Positions 46,349 to 55,361 of a stretch of DNA of 62,025 nt are shown in pieces. Position 1 is the stretch's first letter. Each line of letters opens with the position of its first letter. Under the pieces are notes generated by a model. The model was not told the DNA's origin and searched no databases. It was given only the letters and a program-made list of their open reading frames with translations. The stretch comes from a virus (taxonomy: Duplodnaviria; Caudoviricetes). The position numbers and the translations under genes are program-made. The stretch lies in the IMG/VR virus record IMGVR_UViG_3300000101_000014, positions 1 through 62,025 of that record. One strand, 5' to 3'.

Positions 46349-47313
46349 TATGCTACCTCCGCCATTTCTAGTGCGAGGTTCATCGCCTTGAGTTTCTTCG
46401 CTTGGTTTGAACCGAACCATGCAGACTGCATACGAGTGTCGTTTGAACGTCCCAACTCGTGGTCAGTCATGTAAGTTACAGCGTTCACTGCGTTCCACCA
46501 TGAACCCATCGCCATCTCTGCGCCAGGTTGTGTCTCCAGTACATCGAACGTACGTTGTGCAGAACGAGACAGGTCAATGTAATCCATAACCGACTTCTCT
46601 TTCGCAGGGAAGATTGCGTTGAAGTACTGAATCAGATCTTCTGCCTTAGTCTTCTTCTTTGCGAGGAATCGTGCAGCTTCTTTGTACTGGTCAAACTTCT
46701 CGTGGGCGATACCCAACTGATCTTTGACCAACTGTGGATCAAACGCACGGCGGTGGTTAAGTGCAACTTCGTTCTTTGCGTTCGCACTAAGTGACATAGT
46801 CAAAGTGTTGTTACACACTACACGGATCGGAGTGAACCGTACGTTGATTGACTTACCGTACTGGTGAGGGTTAGAGAACAGAAGGTAGGAATCTACCTGA
46901 TCTTCACCCAACACGTTGAACGACTCGTTAACCTTCGCAAGTGCCCATACCATCTGACCACCCTTCAAAGAACCCGCAGTGTGCATTTCCATGTCACCTG
47001 CAAGGCAGTACTCGTTGAAGAACTCAAACGCTTCGTGGTTCTGGACTGGATTCCAACCCTCACCCACAGACGGGGCAAGAACCTTGTTGTCAGTCGAACG
47101 AATCAACGCAGAAGTACCGGTGGCGATCAGATCGTCATCAGCAGGAGCTGCGTATGTTGGAACCTTTTTGACTTCCCAGTCACAACCTGCCTTCTCCATC
47201 ATTTGACGGGGAGACAGATCAGCAGGAACACGTTCACCTAGACCATGCCAAGGCACCTCACCAACGTATGCCATTTGCGCTTGACCGTTTACCATTTCAA
47301 TTTCATGACTCAT
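46348..47313 (-). CDS. DUF932 / LGT_TIGR03299-family protein
   Basis: PWHGLG, PVQN.EAFEFF, TAGSLKGG, TPIRVVCNNTL. Confidence 0.88.
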   Translation of the reverse strand: MSHEIEMVNGQAQMAYVGEVPWHGLGERVPADLSPRQMMEKAGCDWEVKKVPTYAAPADDDLIATGTSALIRSTDNKVLAPSVGEGWNPVQNHEAFEFFNEYCLAGDMEMHTAGSLKGGQMVWALAKVNESFNVLGEDQVDSYLLFSNPHQYGKSINVRFTPIRVVCNNTLTMSLSANAKNEVALNHRRAFDPQLVKDQLGIAHEKFDQYKEAARFLAKKKTKAEDLIQYFNAIFPAKEKSVMDYIDLSRSAQRTFDVLETQPGAEMAMGSWWNAVNAVTYMTDHELGRSNDTRMQSAWFGSNQAKKLKAMNLALEMAEVA

Positions 47314-47324
47314 AATTTTCTTCC

Positions 47325-47406
47325 TTTCTCTCAGTGTTTAATATGTGTATATTATACAACGTTTTCATAATAAAGGCAACAACTTTCTTAGAACATTTTG
47401 GAATAA
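47325..47406 (-). promoter_or_regulatory. Early promoter cassette with conserved upstream element
   Basis: TTGCCT-N17-TATAAT; upstream 23-mer identical to 54647-54669. Confidence 0.75.
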
Positions 47407-47409
47407 AAA

Positions 47410-47697
47410 TCAGGACGGTAATACCAAACCTGATACCACCTGACGATATTCTTTTGCGACCTCTGCCGCAGTCTTCACCACGAAAGGTACCGCAGACTTA
47501 TTGAACTTAACTCGTTTCGGATCTTTCTCACCACTCATACAAACCGCAGGCAAGAATGCGTACTGACCTTGCTGTTGTGCAGGCATCAACAAACGAGGGT
47601 CTTCTATAAGATATGAATCAGATGCCTCATCATGGAACTTACCTACAAACTCACCCGTGAGGGTACATACTGATACAATTTCACCTTTCTCGAACAT
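47410..47697 (-). CDS. Sm/SH3-like small protein
   Basis: TGEFVGK...IEDPRLL beta-rich pattern. Confidence 0.55.
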   Translation of the reverse strand: MFEKGEIVSVCTLTGEFVGKFHDEASDSYLIEDPRLLMPAQQQGQYAFLPAVCMSGEKDPKRVKFNKSAVPFVVKTAAEVAKEYRQVVSGLVLPS

Positions 47698-47730
47698 TAC
47701 AATTTCCTTTGAATTAAAACATTATATAGA

Positions 47731-48405
47731 CTATCTTTTCAGCAGTGCTCTACCTGCCTCAAAGAAGTCACGTTGTTCACGCATTTTCTCCATGCGATCC
47801 TTTGATGCAACCCACTTATCGAACGTCAGGGGTTGACGTGGTTCCCCACAGGCGAGTTTACGTCTCTTAAACTCTCGCTTGAGAACCTTCTTTTCTTTAG
47901 TACCCATGAAGGCACCGACCAACTCAAGAACACACTGACGGAAAGAACGTCCGTGATGCATGTTACCCAAACAGTGAGCCATCTCATGGAGTAGAATGTA
48001 TTTGTTCATACCAGTGATCTGGCACAACGTGATAGTACGCCCGTCAGTGAAACCTGAAAGGGACTTGTTACGACTGTTCATGCCAACAATACTTGGAGTC
48101 GCGTTGAAGATCTGACCCACGTCATTCTCGACAGAGTCTTGCCACAACTTAGACCACTTCTTTGTTTTGTAAACACGTTTCGCAAACTTGTTCGCTTCTT
48201 CTATAGACTCGAACTCAGGGATATTGCACTCAGTCATGAAACTGTGTTCAGAGGCATAAGTCTTTTTACGTTCAGAATCACGGTAGGAACGAGAGTCCCC
48301 ACCCTTGTTTTGATTCGCACGGTGCTTCACCAGATACGTATTGTACTTGTGTTCTAGTGAATCGTAAACGGGGTGTTTAAAGAAATTATAGTCCGGCATG
48401 GTCAC
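47731..48405 (-). CDS. HEXXH metallopeptidase-like protein
   Basis: LLHEMAH...HHGRSF. Confidence 0.72.
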   Translation of the reverse strand: MTMPDYNFFKHPVYDSLEHKYNTYLVKHRANQNKGGDSRSYRDSERKKTYASEHSFMTECNIPEFESIEEANKFAKRVYKTKKWSKLWQDSVENDVGQIFNATPSIVGMNSRNKSLSGFTDGRTITLCQITGMNKYILLHEMAHCLGNMHHGRSFRQCVLELVGAFMGTKEKKVLKREFKRRKLACGEPRQPLTFDKWVASKDRMEKMREQRDFFEAGRALLKR

Positions 48406-48589
48406 CTCCAGTCATTCCGACCCAAGCGTACGCAGGGTTTTTACAGAACATTCCGATCTCATCGAAACCTAGGATACAGAATCCTTCAGCAGGATCGGTA
48501 CCAACTTCGTACTCGACTAACTCATAACCGGTACGGAACTGGCGAACAGTGGTAATATCAACAGGGATCACTTCAAACTCTTCAATCAT
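48386..48589 (-). CDS. Hypothetical early protein
   Basis: First ORF after promoter cassette. Confidence 0.6.
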   Translation of the reverse strand: MIEEFEVIPVDITTVRQFRTGYELVEYEVGTDPAEGFCILGFDEIGMFCKNPAYAWVGMTGGDHAGL

Positions 48590-48650
48590 TAACTTACTCT
48601 CTCATCACAATAGGGTACTATTATCTCATATCTGGCGGCTAATGGCACGT
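48590..48650 (-). promoter_or_regulatory. Early promoter cassette
   Basis: GTGCCA-N17-GATAAT + AGTACCCTATTGTGATGAGAGAG leader. Confidence 0.7.
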
Positions 48651-48681
48651 TTTATTTTGAAAATAAACCGGTATTTTGTCA

Positions 48682-48849
48682 CTAATCTCGACCCAAATGA
48701 GGAAACCGGTCACGTGCCTCTTGCATGGATAAGACCTCCCAGTCCTCGATATCAGTGCGGAACATCTGAAGTCGACTCAACCATTCATATAGATTGGGCA
48801 ACATGTCAGATCGCATCACACGACCTCTGGCGTCTATTACGATACCCAT
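48682..48849 (-). CDS. Small hypothetical protein
   Basis: ORF track. Confidence 0.5.
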   Translation of the reverse strand: MGIVIDARGRVMRSDMLPNLYEWLSRLQMFRTDIEDWEVLSMQEARDRFPHLGRD

Positions 48850-49121
48850 TATGAGTACCTCACGTTCTTTTTCAAAGACCACTTCTCGATGACGGGGTTA
48901 CCGTATTCATCTTCGTCAGTCACAATGTAAGCAACGGTCTTTTTGACATTGGCATAACGGTAACCTTGATCACCGACAGAACCAACCCAGACCCTATGGG
49001 GGTAACAACACCAGTCTTCACACCCTTCTTTTCTGTCAGGATTCTCAGAGTATTCAAAGTAGTTACCCACTTCTTTCTCAGTGAAACATCCAACAGGATT
49101 CTTTGCATGAGTGTAGTACAT
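48849..49121 (-). CDS. Hypothetical protein
   Basis: ORF track; KKTVAYIVTDEDEYG motif. Confidence 0.65.
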   Translation of the reverse strand: MYYTHAKNPVGCFTEKEVGNYFEYSENPDRKEGCEDWCCYPHRVWVGSVGDQGYRYANVKKTVAYIVTDEDEYGNPVIEKWSLKKNVRYS

Positions 49122-49369
49122 TACACATTCTCCACAAAATGAATCCCGATTGGACTACCGTTCACAGAACGATGACCCGCAGGTTTGATGTCTTTCAACT
49201 TCCACCACGTCTTGGTGGTATCGTCTCCGACCCAACGGATACAAACCTCTTGGAGAGGGTAGTTGATTGAGAGGATTTTACCCTCTACAGTAGGATGCAT
49301 GGCACCCCAGTTTGCTTCAACCTCACGACCGAGGATCTCTTCACGACAGAAGTCTAGGATATCATACAT
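49121..49369 (-). CDS. Hypothetical protein
   Basis: ORF track; WGAMHP, GSPIGI. Confidence 0.6.
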   Translation of the reverse strand: MYDILDFCREEILGREVEANWGAMHPTVEGKILSINYPLQEVCIRWVGDDTTKTWWKLKDIKPAGHRSVNGSPIGIHFVENV

Positions 49370-49592
49370 TGATGTAGTCCTCCAGTTGAGGGCGGGCGAT
49401 AGGATTGTCACTAGTCTGCCAAACGAAGGCGTTGTAATCTCGAAACATTCTCATAAAGAAGTCATTCTCTTGGTACGCAGCTTGCAGAACTCTAGACTCA
49501 TCTTGACCTTTCGTATAGGCACGGTGGTCATCGGACATCATATATGTCCAGTCATGTTTCTGAAGAAGCTTGAAGAATTGTTCGTTGGTCAT
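49362..49592 (-). CDS. Hypothetical early protein
   Basis: HDWTYMMSDD motif. Confidence 0.65.
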   Translation of the reverse strand: MTNEQFFKLLQKHDWTYMMSDDHRAYTKGQDESRVLQAAYQENDFFMRMFRDYNAFVWQTSDNPIARPQLEDYINV

Positions 49593-49599
49593 AAAAAAA

Positions 49600-49685
49600 G
49601 TCTCTCTCATCATTGAATACAGGAGTATTATCTCACGTTTTCACAACAAAGTCAACACTATTTTTAGACTGTTTTGGAATAAAAA
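49600..49685 (-). promoter_or_regulatory. Early promoter cassette
   Basis: TTGACT-N17-GATAAT, GAGAGAG leader, related upstream element. Confidence 0.75.
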
Positions 49686-49709
49686 ACTCGATTCTTATAA
49701 CTTTTTGAT

Positions 49710-50093
49710 CTAAAACGCAACCCGCCAGGAGATACCGGTCTGGTGGTTTGAATAGACAATATAGGTTCTAAGTGCAATTCCTGCGGTCATAGAGGTGTTG
49801 AAATGATCTGGAATATCTTTACCTATCGTGTAATACGCTATCCCACTAACCACAACGTTTGCGAGAAGAAGGGTGTCCCTGTGAGGATTCTTACCGAATA
49901 ATGGATTCGCTTCAGAATAACAATCACAGGGATCAGATAAGGCACTCTTTGTTTGGGAGTAGTCTACATAGGACACTAGATTGTATCCTAGGAATAGAGC
50001 TTTCTCTTTATCAGTCCACTCGTTAAAGTGTCGAAACTCTGCACGTACATCAACACACCATAAACATGCAATGAGTGCCAATATTAACTTCAT
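49710..50093 (-). CDS. Secreted/membrane protein
   Basis: Signal peptide; D..QT, EANPLFG. Confidence 0.6.
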   Translation of the reverse strand: MKLILALIACLWCVDVRAEFRHFNEWTDKEKALFLGYNLVSYVDYSQTKSALSDPCDCYSEANPLFGKNPHRDTLLLANVVVSGIAYYTIGKDIPDHFNTSMTAGIALRTYIVYSNHQTGISWRVAF

Positions 50094-50530
50094 GAGATTT
50101 CGGGTGGTGTCATACCTAACTGTTCTGCCAATCGAGTTCGGTTCACTAGGTGATCTGACTCAATGTCTTCTTTGGACTGACCGAAGTATTTCACCGCGAT
50201 GTGTTTCTCAACCATCATGGTGTTTACACTTCTATAGGAATCGGTCTCTGCATCATACACGATGAACTCGCCTAGGATTCGACCGAACTTACCCTTACCA
50301 TCTTTCTTGGTTACTAGGGTAGACTTCTTGCCTAGCAGGGCTTTGAGATATTCTTTTGCAAACAAACCATACTTCTTCTCGACCTTGTCGCGGGTTCTAC
50401 TCTCCGGAGTATCGATACCATAGAGACGAACTCTCTCTTTACGTAACCAGACTCCAAACCCCAGATCGATATTCACGTCAACGGTGTCTCCATCAACGAC
50501 TTTAACTATTTCTACTTGGTACTCGTACAT
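50090..50530 (-). CDS. Staphylococcal nuclease-like protein
   Basis: VVDGDTV, RVRLYGIDTPE, GKFGRILG. Confidence 0.9.
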   Translation of the reverse strand: MYEYQVEIVKVVDGDTVDVNIDLGFGVWLRKERVRLYGIDTPESRTRDKVEKKYGLFAKEYLKALLGKKSTLVTKKDGKGKFGRILGEFIVYDAETDSYRSVNTMMVEKHIAVKYFGQSKEDIESDHLVNRTRLAEQLGMTPPEIS

Positions 50531-50560
50531 ACAACTATTCCTTAACAATACACATGAAAA

Positions 50561-50788
50561 CTACTGAACAGCAAGAACGTTGTCGATATCCTTTTTGTTG
50601 AACTTCCTAAACTTACGTCTAGTTGGAGACCAAGTCATTTTTGGTGCTTTAAACCAAATCACTTCAGTAGTGCCTCTGCGAATATATCCATATAGAGAAG
50701 TACCCCTAGTGATATAAGTGTGATTCGGATACTCACCGCCTTCCGTAATCTCTTCGCGCCACATGTATTTATATGGATCAGAAGTCAT
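50561..50788 (-). CDS. Hypothetical protein
   Basis: ORF track. Confidence 0.6.
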   Translation of the reverse strand: MTSDPYKYMWREEITEGGEYPNHTYITRGTSLYGYIRRGTTEVIWFKAPKMTWSPTRRKFRKFNKKDIDNVLAVQ

Positions 50789-50969
50789 AGATGCCTCTCT
50801 TGTACGTGCCAGGCACAGAATGATATGCAACTAACCGGTGAAGTTGATTGACAATTTCCATGTCGTGGTTGCCAGATTTTGAGGTTCCATCGAAATCGAT
50901 GATCAAATCCAACAAGATGTCTTTAGTCAGTTCTTCTTTTTGTTCAGGGGTCAAGATTAAAATACTCAT
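50778..50969 (-). CDS. Hypothetical protein
   Basis: ORF track. Confidence 0.5.
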   Translation of the reverse strand: MSILILTPEQKEELTKDILLDLIIDFDGTSKSGNHDMEIVNQLHRLVAYHSVPGTYKRGIYDF

Positions 50970-51256
50970 TACCATTCCTTCAATATAGTTACTGTTAACA
51001 TAAAACCGGATACAGCGTTCAACATAATCAACGCCCTGTCTCGCCAGATGACTGATACCCAAGTCCAGAGGATTATTCCCGCAAGACCGAACGTCAGGTC
51101 ATACATGCGGTAATCAACCCCCGCAGAACGCATGGCAAGGGACGTGAGGATCAATATCGATGCGACCCACTTCAGGTACCAGTCAAAGTTATCAGGGTAC
51201 CAGTTGCGATCCGGTTTGGTGCGACCTGCTGCACGAACCTCTGGATCACCTTTCAT
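50969..51256 (-). CDS. Small multi-pass membrane protein
   Basis: DWYLKWVAS..., WRDRALIMLN; three TM segments. Confidence 0.7.
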   Translation of the reverse strand: MKGDPEVRAAGRTKPDRNWYPDNFDWYLKWVASILILTSLAMRSAGVDYRMYDLTFGLAGIILWTWVSVIWRDRALIMLNAVSGFMLTVTILKEW

Positions 51257-51615
51257 TATGCATCTTCCTTAATGAAAATGCCATCTACCATCTTACCCTT
51301 ACGATCCTTGATGTCAGCATAAGCGACCTCAAGACAATGACTCATTGGTAGACCATTGCGTTTCGCAATATTGATCAACACAACCATTATATCACCAATG
51401 TCATCCGCAACGTCCTTACCCTTACATACGTTATCAGACAACTCACCGACCTCTTGGATCAACTTACAGACCTGATCCTTATCTGTGGCACCCTCAATAA
51501 GGTTCCGATCTTCGTGCCACTGTTCGACCCGATCGATCAAAGTTTCCATCGAGACAGAAGGTGTGGTCTCCCAACGGTCTAGTAGTGCTCTCTTACTAGG
51601 AGTCATTACTTCCAT
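51256..51615 (-). CDS. MazG-like NTP pyrophosphohydrolase
   Basis: KLIQEVGEL, DDIGD, AYADIKDRKG..VDGIFIKE. Confidence 0.85.
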   Translation of the reverse strand: MEVMTPSKRALLDRWETTPSVSMETLIDRVEQWHEDRNLIEGATDKDQVCKLIQEVGELSDNVCKGKDVADDIGDIMVVLINIAKRNGLPMSHCLEVAYADIKDRKGKMVDGIFIKEDA

Positions 51616-51628
51616 TACCAAATCATCT

Positions 51629-51835
51629 TCATTTAACTTCAAAGTGTTTCTCCAATACAAATAACTGATCTTCCCACTCGGCGATTTTTCCGAGTTCCTT
51701 TTGAACTGACTCCATGACATCGGGATGTTCTCCGATACCCGCAGGGTTAGTTAAGTAAACCTCTACGTTCATTTTGTGCAATTCGATTTGCCCCTCAGCA
51801 TTTAACTTTAAGGCGGCTAACATTTTTTCTCTCAT
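51629..51835 (-). CDS. Conserved T4-like hypothetical protein
   Basis: NVEVYLTNPAGIGEHPD. Confidence 0.75.
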   Translation of the reverse strand: MREKMLAALKLNAEGQIELHKMNVEVYLTNPAGIGEHPDVMESVQKELGKIAEWEDQLFVLEKHFEVK

Positions 51836-52152
51836 CTACTCATCCTTGATATTTCGGTTGCTTGTTCCTTGTTAATGATAGGCACAGCATTAGACTTGTG
51901 CATGGTTGAGATCCCCTTTACTAGGGTTCCCGTGTATTGCGGTCTTTCTTTTTTGGTTGTGTTAAAGGTTCCGGAATCGTGTGAGGGGTACTGTTTTGAT
52001 TCTGCCATTCGAAGATCTGCATACGTCTTTGTCGCTGATGGTTCGAACGGTTTAAACTCCGTTGCCTTGTATTTGCCACATACCACTCCTTTGGGTTTCT
52101 TACGTTTGATTTTACGACCGTGTTGGTCGTGGTTTAACGAAAAATAGTTCAC
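51832..52152 (-). CDS. Conserved T4-like hypothetical protein
   Basis: YTGTLVKGISTMHKSNAVP. Confidence 0.75.
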   Translation of the reverse strand: MNYFSLNHDQHGRKIKRKKPKGVVCGKYKATEFKPFEPSATKTYADLRMAESKQYPSHDSGTFNTTKKERPQYTGTLVKGISTMHKSNAVPIINKEQATEISRMSR

Positions 52153-52174
52153 AATAATACCTCACAATAGACCA

Positions 52175-52447
52175 TCAGTTTATCTTTTCTTCAATCGCAT
52201 GTCCACGCCTATGGTATTCTGCACAGACCTTCTCGAAAGTGCCCCATGTTCGTTCAAACTTGAGTTGGTACATCGCGTGGATACCTCCCATGAGATTCAT
52301 TATCTTATCAGCATGTTCACCTTTCATACCCGCAAAGAACTCATCATCACCAAAGTACTTGTATAACATATCGATATCATCAACAACTCCCCAACAATCC
52401 ATGAACTCTTGTTCGAGATTGAATATGTGCATATCTGATTTCTTCAT
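52175..52447 (-). CDS. Hypothetical protein
   Basis: FNLEQEFMDCW motif. Confidence 0.65.
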   Translation of the reverse strand: MKKSDMHIFNLEQEFMDCWGVVDDIDMLYKYFGDDEFFAGMKGEHADKIMNLMGGIHAMYQLKFERTWGTFEKVCAEYHRRGHAIEEKIN

Positions 52448-52605
52448 AACATTGCCATCATGTTGGTGAATAAAGAGTGAACAAGTATACCCGAGATCAC
52501 AAGTACCATTATAGGTGAAATCACTCCACATGTCAAGACTAAAATGAAAAAACATTTCTCACTGAAATCCTCTAAAGCCTTCCATGCATCGCGTAACGAT
52601 TTCAC
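52444..52605 (-). CDS. Small membrane protein
   Basis: GTGA overlap with upstream stop; hydrophobic. Confidence 0.4.
   Translation of the reverse strand: MKSLRDAWKALEDFSEKCFFILVLTCGVISPIMVLVISGILVHSLFTNMMAML
52508..52536 (-). promoter_or_regulatory. Consensus sigma70 promoter (intragenic)
   Basis: TTGACA-N17-TATAAT. Confidence 0.55.
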
Positions 52606-53081
52606 AGGTTCCACTCGATAGTCGGACGTTGACCACCCGAACCATTCCAATGGATTGTGCAACCGCACTCTTCGATGATAGGCAGGATCGCCTTCAGGTT
52701 CTTGACACCTTTCTTGTCACCATTGAAACAGAAGGTAGACTCACTCTGTTGTTCTGGAGTGTGACACAGGAAACCACCGACCGAAGAATCGTACTCTAAG
52801 TAGTTGTGGCACGTCTCAACGATCTCACCGGTGCCGTCACACTCCTCACAGTAAGTCCACTCATTATCTTCGTCTTCTATTTCACCCTCACCCAGACATG
52901 CATTACATGTCGAGTAGTCCTGTTCCACTTCACAGTCTTGAGAGTGATTGAACAGAACCTTTTCGAGATCCGCTTCATCCGGCACTTCCATCCACGCACA
53001 AGATTGGCAGCAAGGTAGATTCCACCCCACATACCAACCTTCTTCTGTCAGACGTTCTTGTAACTTACGGAATCCGTTCAT
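52602..53081 (-). CDS. Cys-rich protein with DnaJ-type zinc finger insertion
   Basis: CCQSC; CNACLGEG and CEECDGTG. Confidence 0.65.
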   Translation of the reverse strand: MNGFRKLQERLTEEGWYVGWNLPCCQSCAWMEVPDEADLEKVLFNHSQDCEVEQDYSTCNACLGEGEIEDEDNEWTYCEECDGTGEIVETCHNYLEYDSSVGGFLCHTPEQQSESTFCFNGDKKGVKNLKAILPIIEECGCTIHWNGSGGQRPTIEWNL

Positions 53082-53302
53082 ATCTCATACTCATATCTAA
53101 TTTGGTGGGCAATCTTACCGTCTTTAATAAGATCTAATGCAGGGTTCTCTTCGGAGTCGAAGAAGAACAGTTGCTTGTAGTCACCGAACTTCTCATCCGC
53201 GAGTTGAACGAGACGGTATTCCATCTCCTCGGGTGACCAGTTCTCTTCTAACAGTGTCACACTGATATCATCGGGGGTCGCACTCAAAACACATAGTCTC
53301 AT
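53078..53302 (-). CDS. Hypothetical protein
   Basis: ORF track. Confidence 0.55.
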   Translation of the reverse strand: MRLCVLSATPDDISVTLLEENWSPEEMEYRLVQLADEKFGDYKQLFFFDSEENPALDLIKDGKIAHQIRYEYEI

Positions 53303-53453
53303 CTTTCCATTTCCTCTTGGGATTTATCAAACTTACGTTGGTTATCTTTCATGATCTCCATAGCATAGAGAACTTTCCAACCACCTATAACAGTCACAAG
53401 GAACAAACCACTCAAAGTGACTAACTCAATAAAACTGATTAAAGTACTTAACA

Positions 53454-53888
53454 TTAGTTTTTAAACTCCGCTGAAAATGGGAAGCATGTCATAAAGAGCG
53501 CACTCTCCAAACCGTACGCTTCTTTCTCCCACGGTTGATTTTCATATTTATAGTTCTTGGCACTTTTGCCTTTCCACTGAAACTCTCCGGAGTCAGAACC
53601 CAACTGACCTCGAATATATTGACGAGCATGAACCATCTCGTGAGCGAGGGTACGCATCTGGTCAAGGAACGATATCTTGGAACCGTCAACCGGACAACGA
53701 ATGGCAATCTCGATGGATGCCTCCGTACGTTCTCCAGTGCAGTAACCAAGAGCATCCAGACCACGTTCAAACGAAACCTCGATGTGTGGTTTACGTAGTC
53801 TTCCCATGCCCAGTGCGTTGATCAAATTGAACATGTAGATTTCAACAACACGTCTATTACGACCACCCTCAATAAAAACATCCATCAT
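53454..53888 (-). CDS. HEXXH metallopeptidase-like protein
   Basis: LAHEMVHARQ, QPWEKEAY. Confidence 0.78.
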   Translation of the reverse strand: MMDVFIEGGRNRRVVEIYMFNLINALGMGRLRKPHIEVSFERGLDALGYCTGERTEASIEIAIRCPVDGSKISFLDQMRTLAHEMVHARQYIRGQLGSDSGEFQWKGKSAKNYKYENQPWEKEAYGLESALFMTCFPFSAEFKN

Positions 53889-54184
53889 GCAACAAACGCC
53901 TTTGGTGTAAAACGGGGATAAAGTCTGAAGTGACCCAACGCAGGGAGTGTCTGCATATATGTGATAGGATCCATCAACGACTTCGCGTCAAGAGCATCAT
54001 AGTACACCATAGAATCATTCTCCATCTCTAACCAGAAGAAGTCGTCATTGAAGAACGAGTTCTCAGAGATCTTATGAATCGGGACATTCAGGTTTTCAAT
54101 AACACGGACAGGAACCTTCAGGAATGACGCTGAAGGATCCGTGATGTAAGTGACTGCATTAGCAGGGTTATTTTCGAAACTCAT
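53885..54184 (-). CDS. Hypothetical protein
   Basis: ORF track; TDPSASFLKVP. Confidence 0.6.
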   Translation of the reverse strand: MSFENNPANAVTYITDPSASFLKVPVRVIENLNVPIHKISENSFFNDDFFWLEMENDSMVYYDALDAKSLMDPITYMQTLPALGHFRLYPRFTPKAFVA

Positions 54185-54185
54185 G

Positions 54186-54569
54186 TTATGCCTCCAACAC
54201 GTAAGGAGTGTGGTACTTACCAACGTTGATGTCAGTGTAGTGACTTCTGTGGAAGTAGTCAGTCATGCTGTCATCTTCACAGAAGAAGTCAGGGCCTTCC
54301 ATCGCAGCTTTCAGTTCAGTCAGGAACGCAACAACAGTAGGACAGTCATAGTTCTCACTGATCCAGTAAGGGTTGACTTGAACATACTCACGAGGGCCAT
54401 ACTCACTGACAGGCAAAGCACCGATCACATCTAACGCACCACTCTTAATGTTCACAACTAAAGTACTGTGGTGACGAATGGCAATAGTACCTTTCATCTT
54501 GTACTTCTTGAGGACTGCTTTGATCGCAGGGGCTAACTTCTTTTTGTCTTCTTGACTTACATACGCCAT
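54186..54569 (-). CDS. Hypothetical early protein
   Basis: MAYVSQE..., DDSMTDYF motif. Confidence 0.7.
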   Translation of the reverse strand: MAYVSQEDKKKLAPAIKAVLKKYKMKGTIAIRHHSTLVVNIKSGALDVIGALPVSEYGPREYVQVNPYWISENYDCPTVVAFLTELKAAMEGPDFFCEDDSMTDYFHRSHYTDINVGKYHTPYVLEA

Positions 54570-54669
54570 AACTTTCTTCTCTCTCTCATCACAATAGGGT
54601 ACTATTATCTCATGATTAGGGGCTGCCGTCAAGCGTTTTTATAACATTTCTTAGAACATTTTGGAATAA
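54570..54669 (-). promoter_or_regulatory. Early promoter cassette with conserved upstream element
   Basis: TTGACG-N17-GATAAT + AGTACCCTATTGTGATGAGAGAG leader. Confidence 0.8.
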
Positions 54670-54680
54670 GGGCAGCGTTT

Positions 54681-54935
54681 TTAAGGTCGATTGTGCCATG
54701 GTTCTTGTTGGTGTCCAGTCTTATTGACTCGATGATTGAACCACATACGGACGCAGTACTTACGTACGATACCCAGTATAAAGAACATTATGGTCATCAC
54801 GATAGAGATCGTGCCTGGCCCCCACCCTAGACCCATGAATATGGTCAATAGGATGAAGTTCAGACAGATGTTGATGGGTAGGGCGATAATGGTATCACCC
54901 ACAGCGAAGTTCATCGCTTCTTTATTGACTTTCAA
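54681..54935 (-). CDS. Small membrane protein
   Basis: Two TM helices, RKY.VR.WF tail. Confidence 0.65.
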   Translation of the reverse strand: MKVNKEAMNFAVGDTIIALPINICLNFILLTIFMGLGWGPGTISIVMTIMFFILGIVRKYCVRMWFNHRVNKTGHQQEPWHNRP

Positions 54936-55293
54936 GTTTTACCTTTTCGTCATGGATGTGGAGTTGGATCAGTGCATAGTGAAGCACCTTCATGAGATCT
55001 TTACGGTGATCATCATTACCACCTTTGTTTCCATAACGTTTTGCGTACTTGATTACGTTACCAAGACAGAAACCTGTACCCAGTCCCGCATCAATGATGA
55101 TGTCGGTTGCTTGATACTTGTCTGACGCATAGTGTTGACTATACGTGGAGTCAACGTAGTCTTTGAACTGTGTAATCAGTTCGTCTTCGTTGAACTTGTA
55201 TTCGAGATCTGTCTCGAAAAGAGGAGTTTGGACGGGTGCGTAGATAGAATCTACATCAGGTTCATCGCGGAGATCGTAACTTACATTGCTCAT
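54922..55293 (-). CDS. DUF3310-like protein
   Basis: HY, GFCLGNVIKYAKRYGNK, DLMKVLHY. Confidence 0.78.
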   Translation of the reverse strand: MSNVSYDLRDEPDVDSIYAPVQTPLFETDLEYKFNEDELITQFKDYVDSTYSQHYASDKYQATDIIIDAGLGTGFCLGNVIKYAKRYGNKGGNDDHRKDLMKVLHYALIQLHIHDEKVKLESQ

Positions 55294-55323
55294 AATAATT
55301 CCTAATTCAAATAATAAAGGGGT

Positions 55324-55352
55324 AGTATAACATGTTTTCAGAACGTTGGCAA
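55324..55352 (-). promoter_or_regulatory. sigma70-like promoter
   Basis: TTGCCA-N17-TATACT. Confidence 0.6.
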
Positions 55353-55361
55353 GCGTTTATT

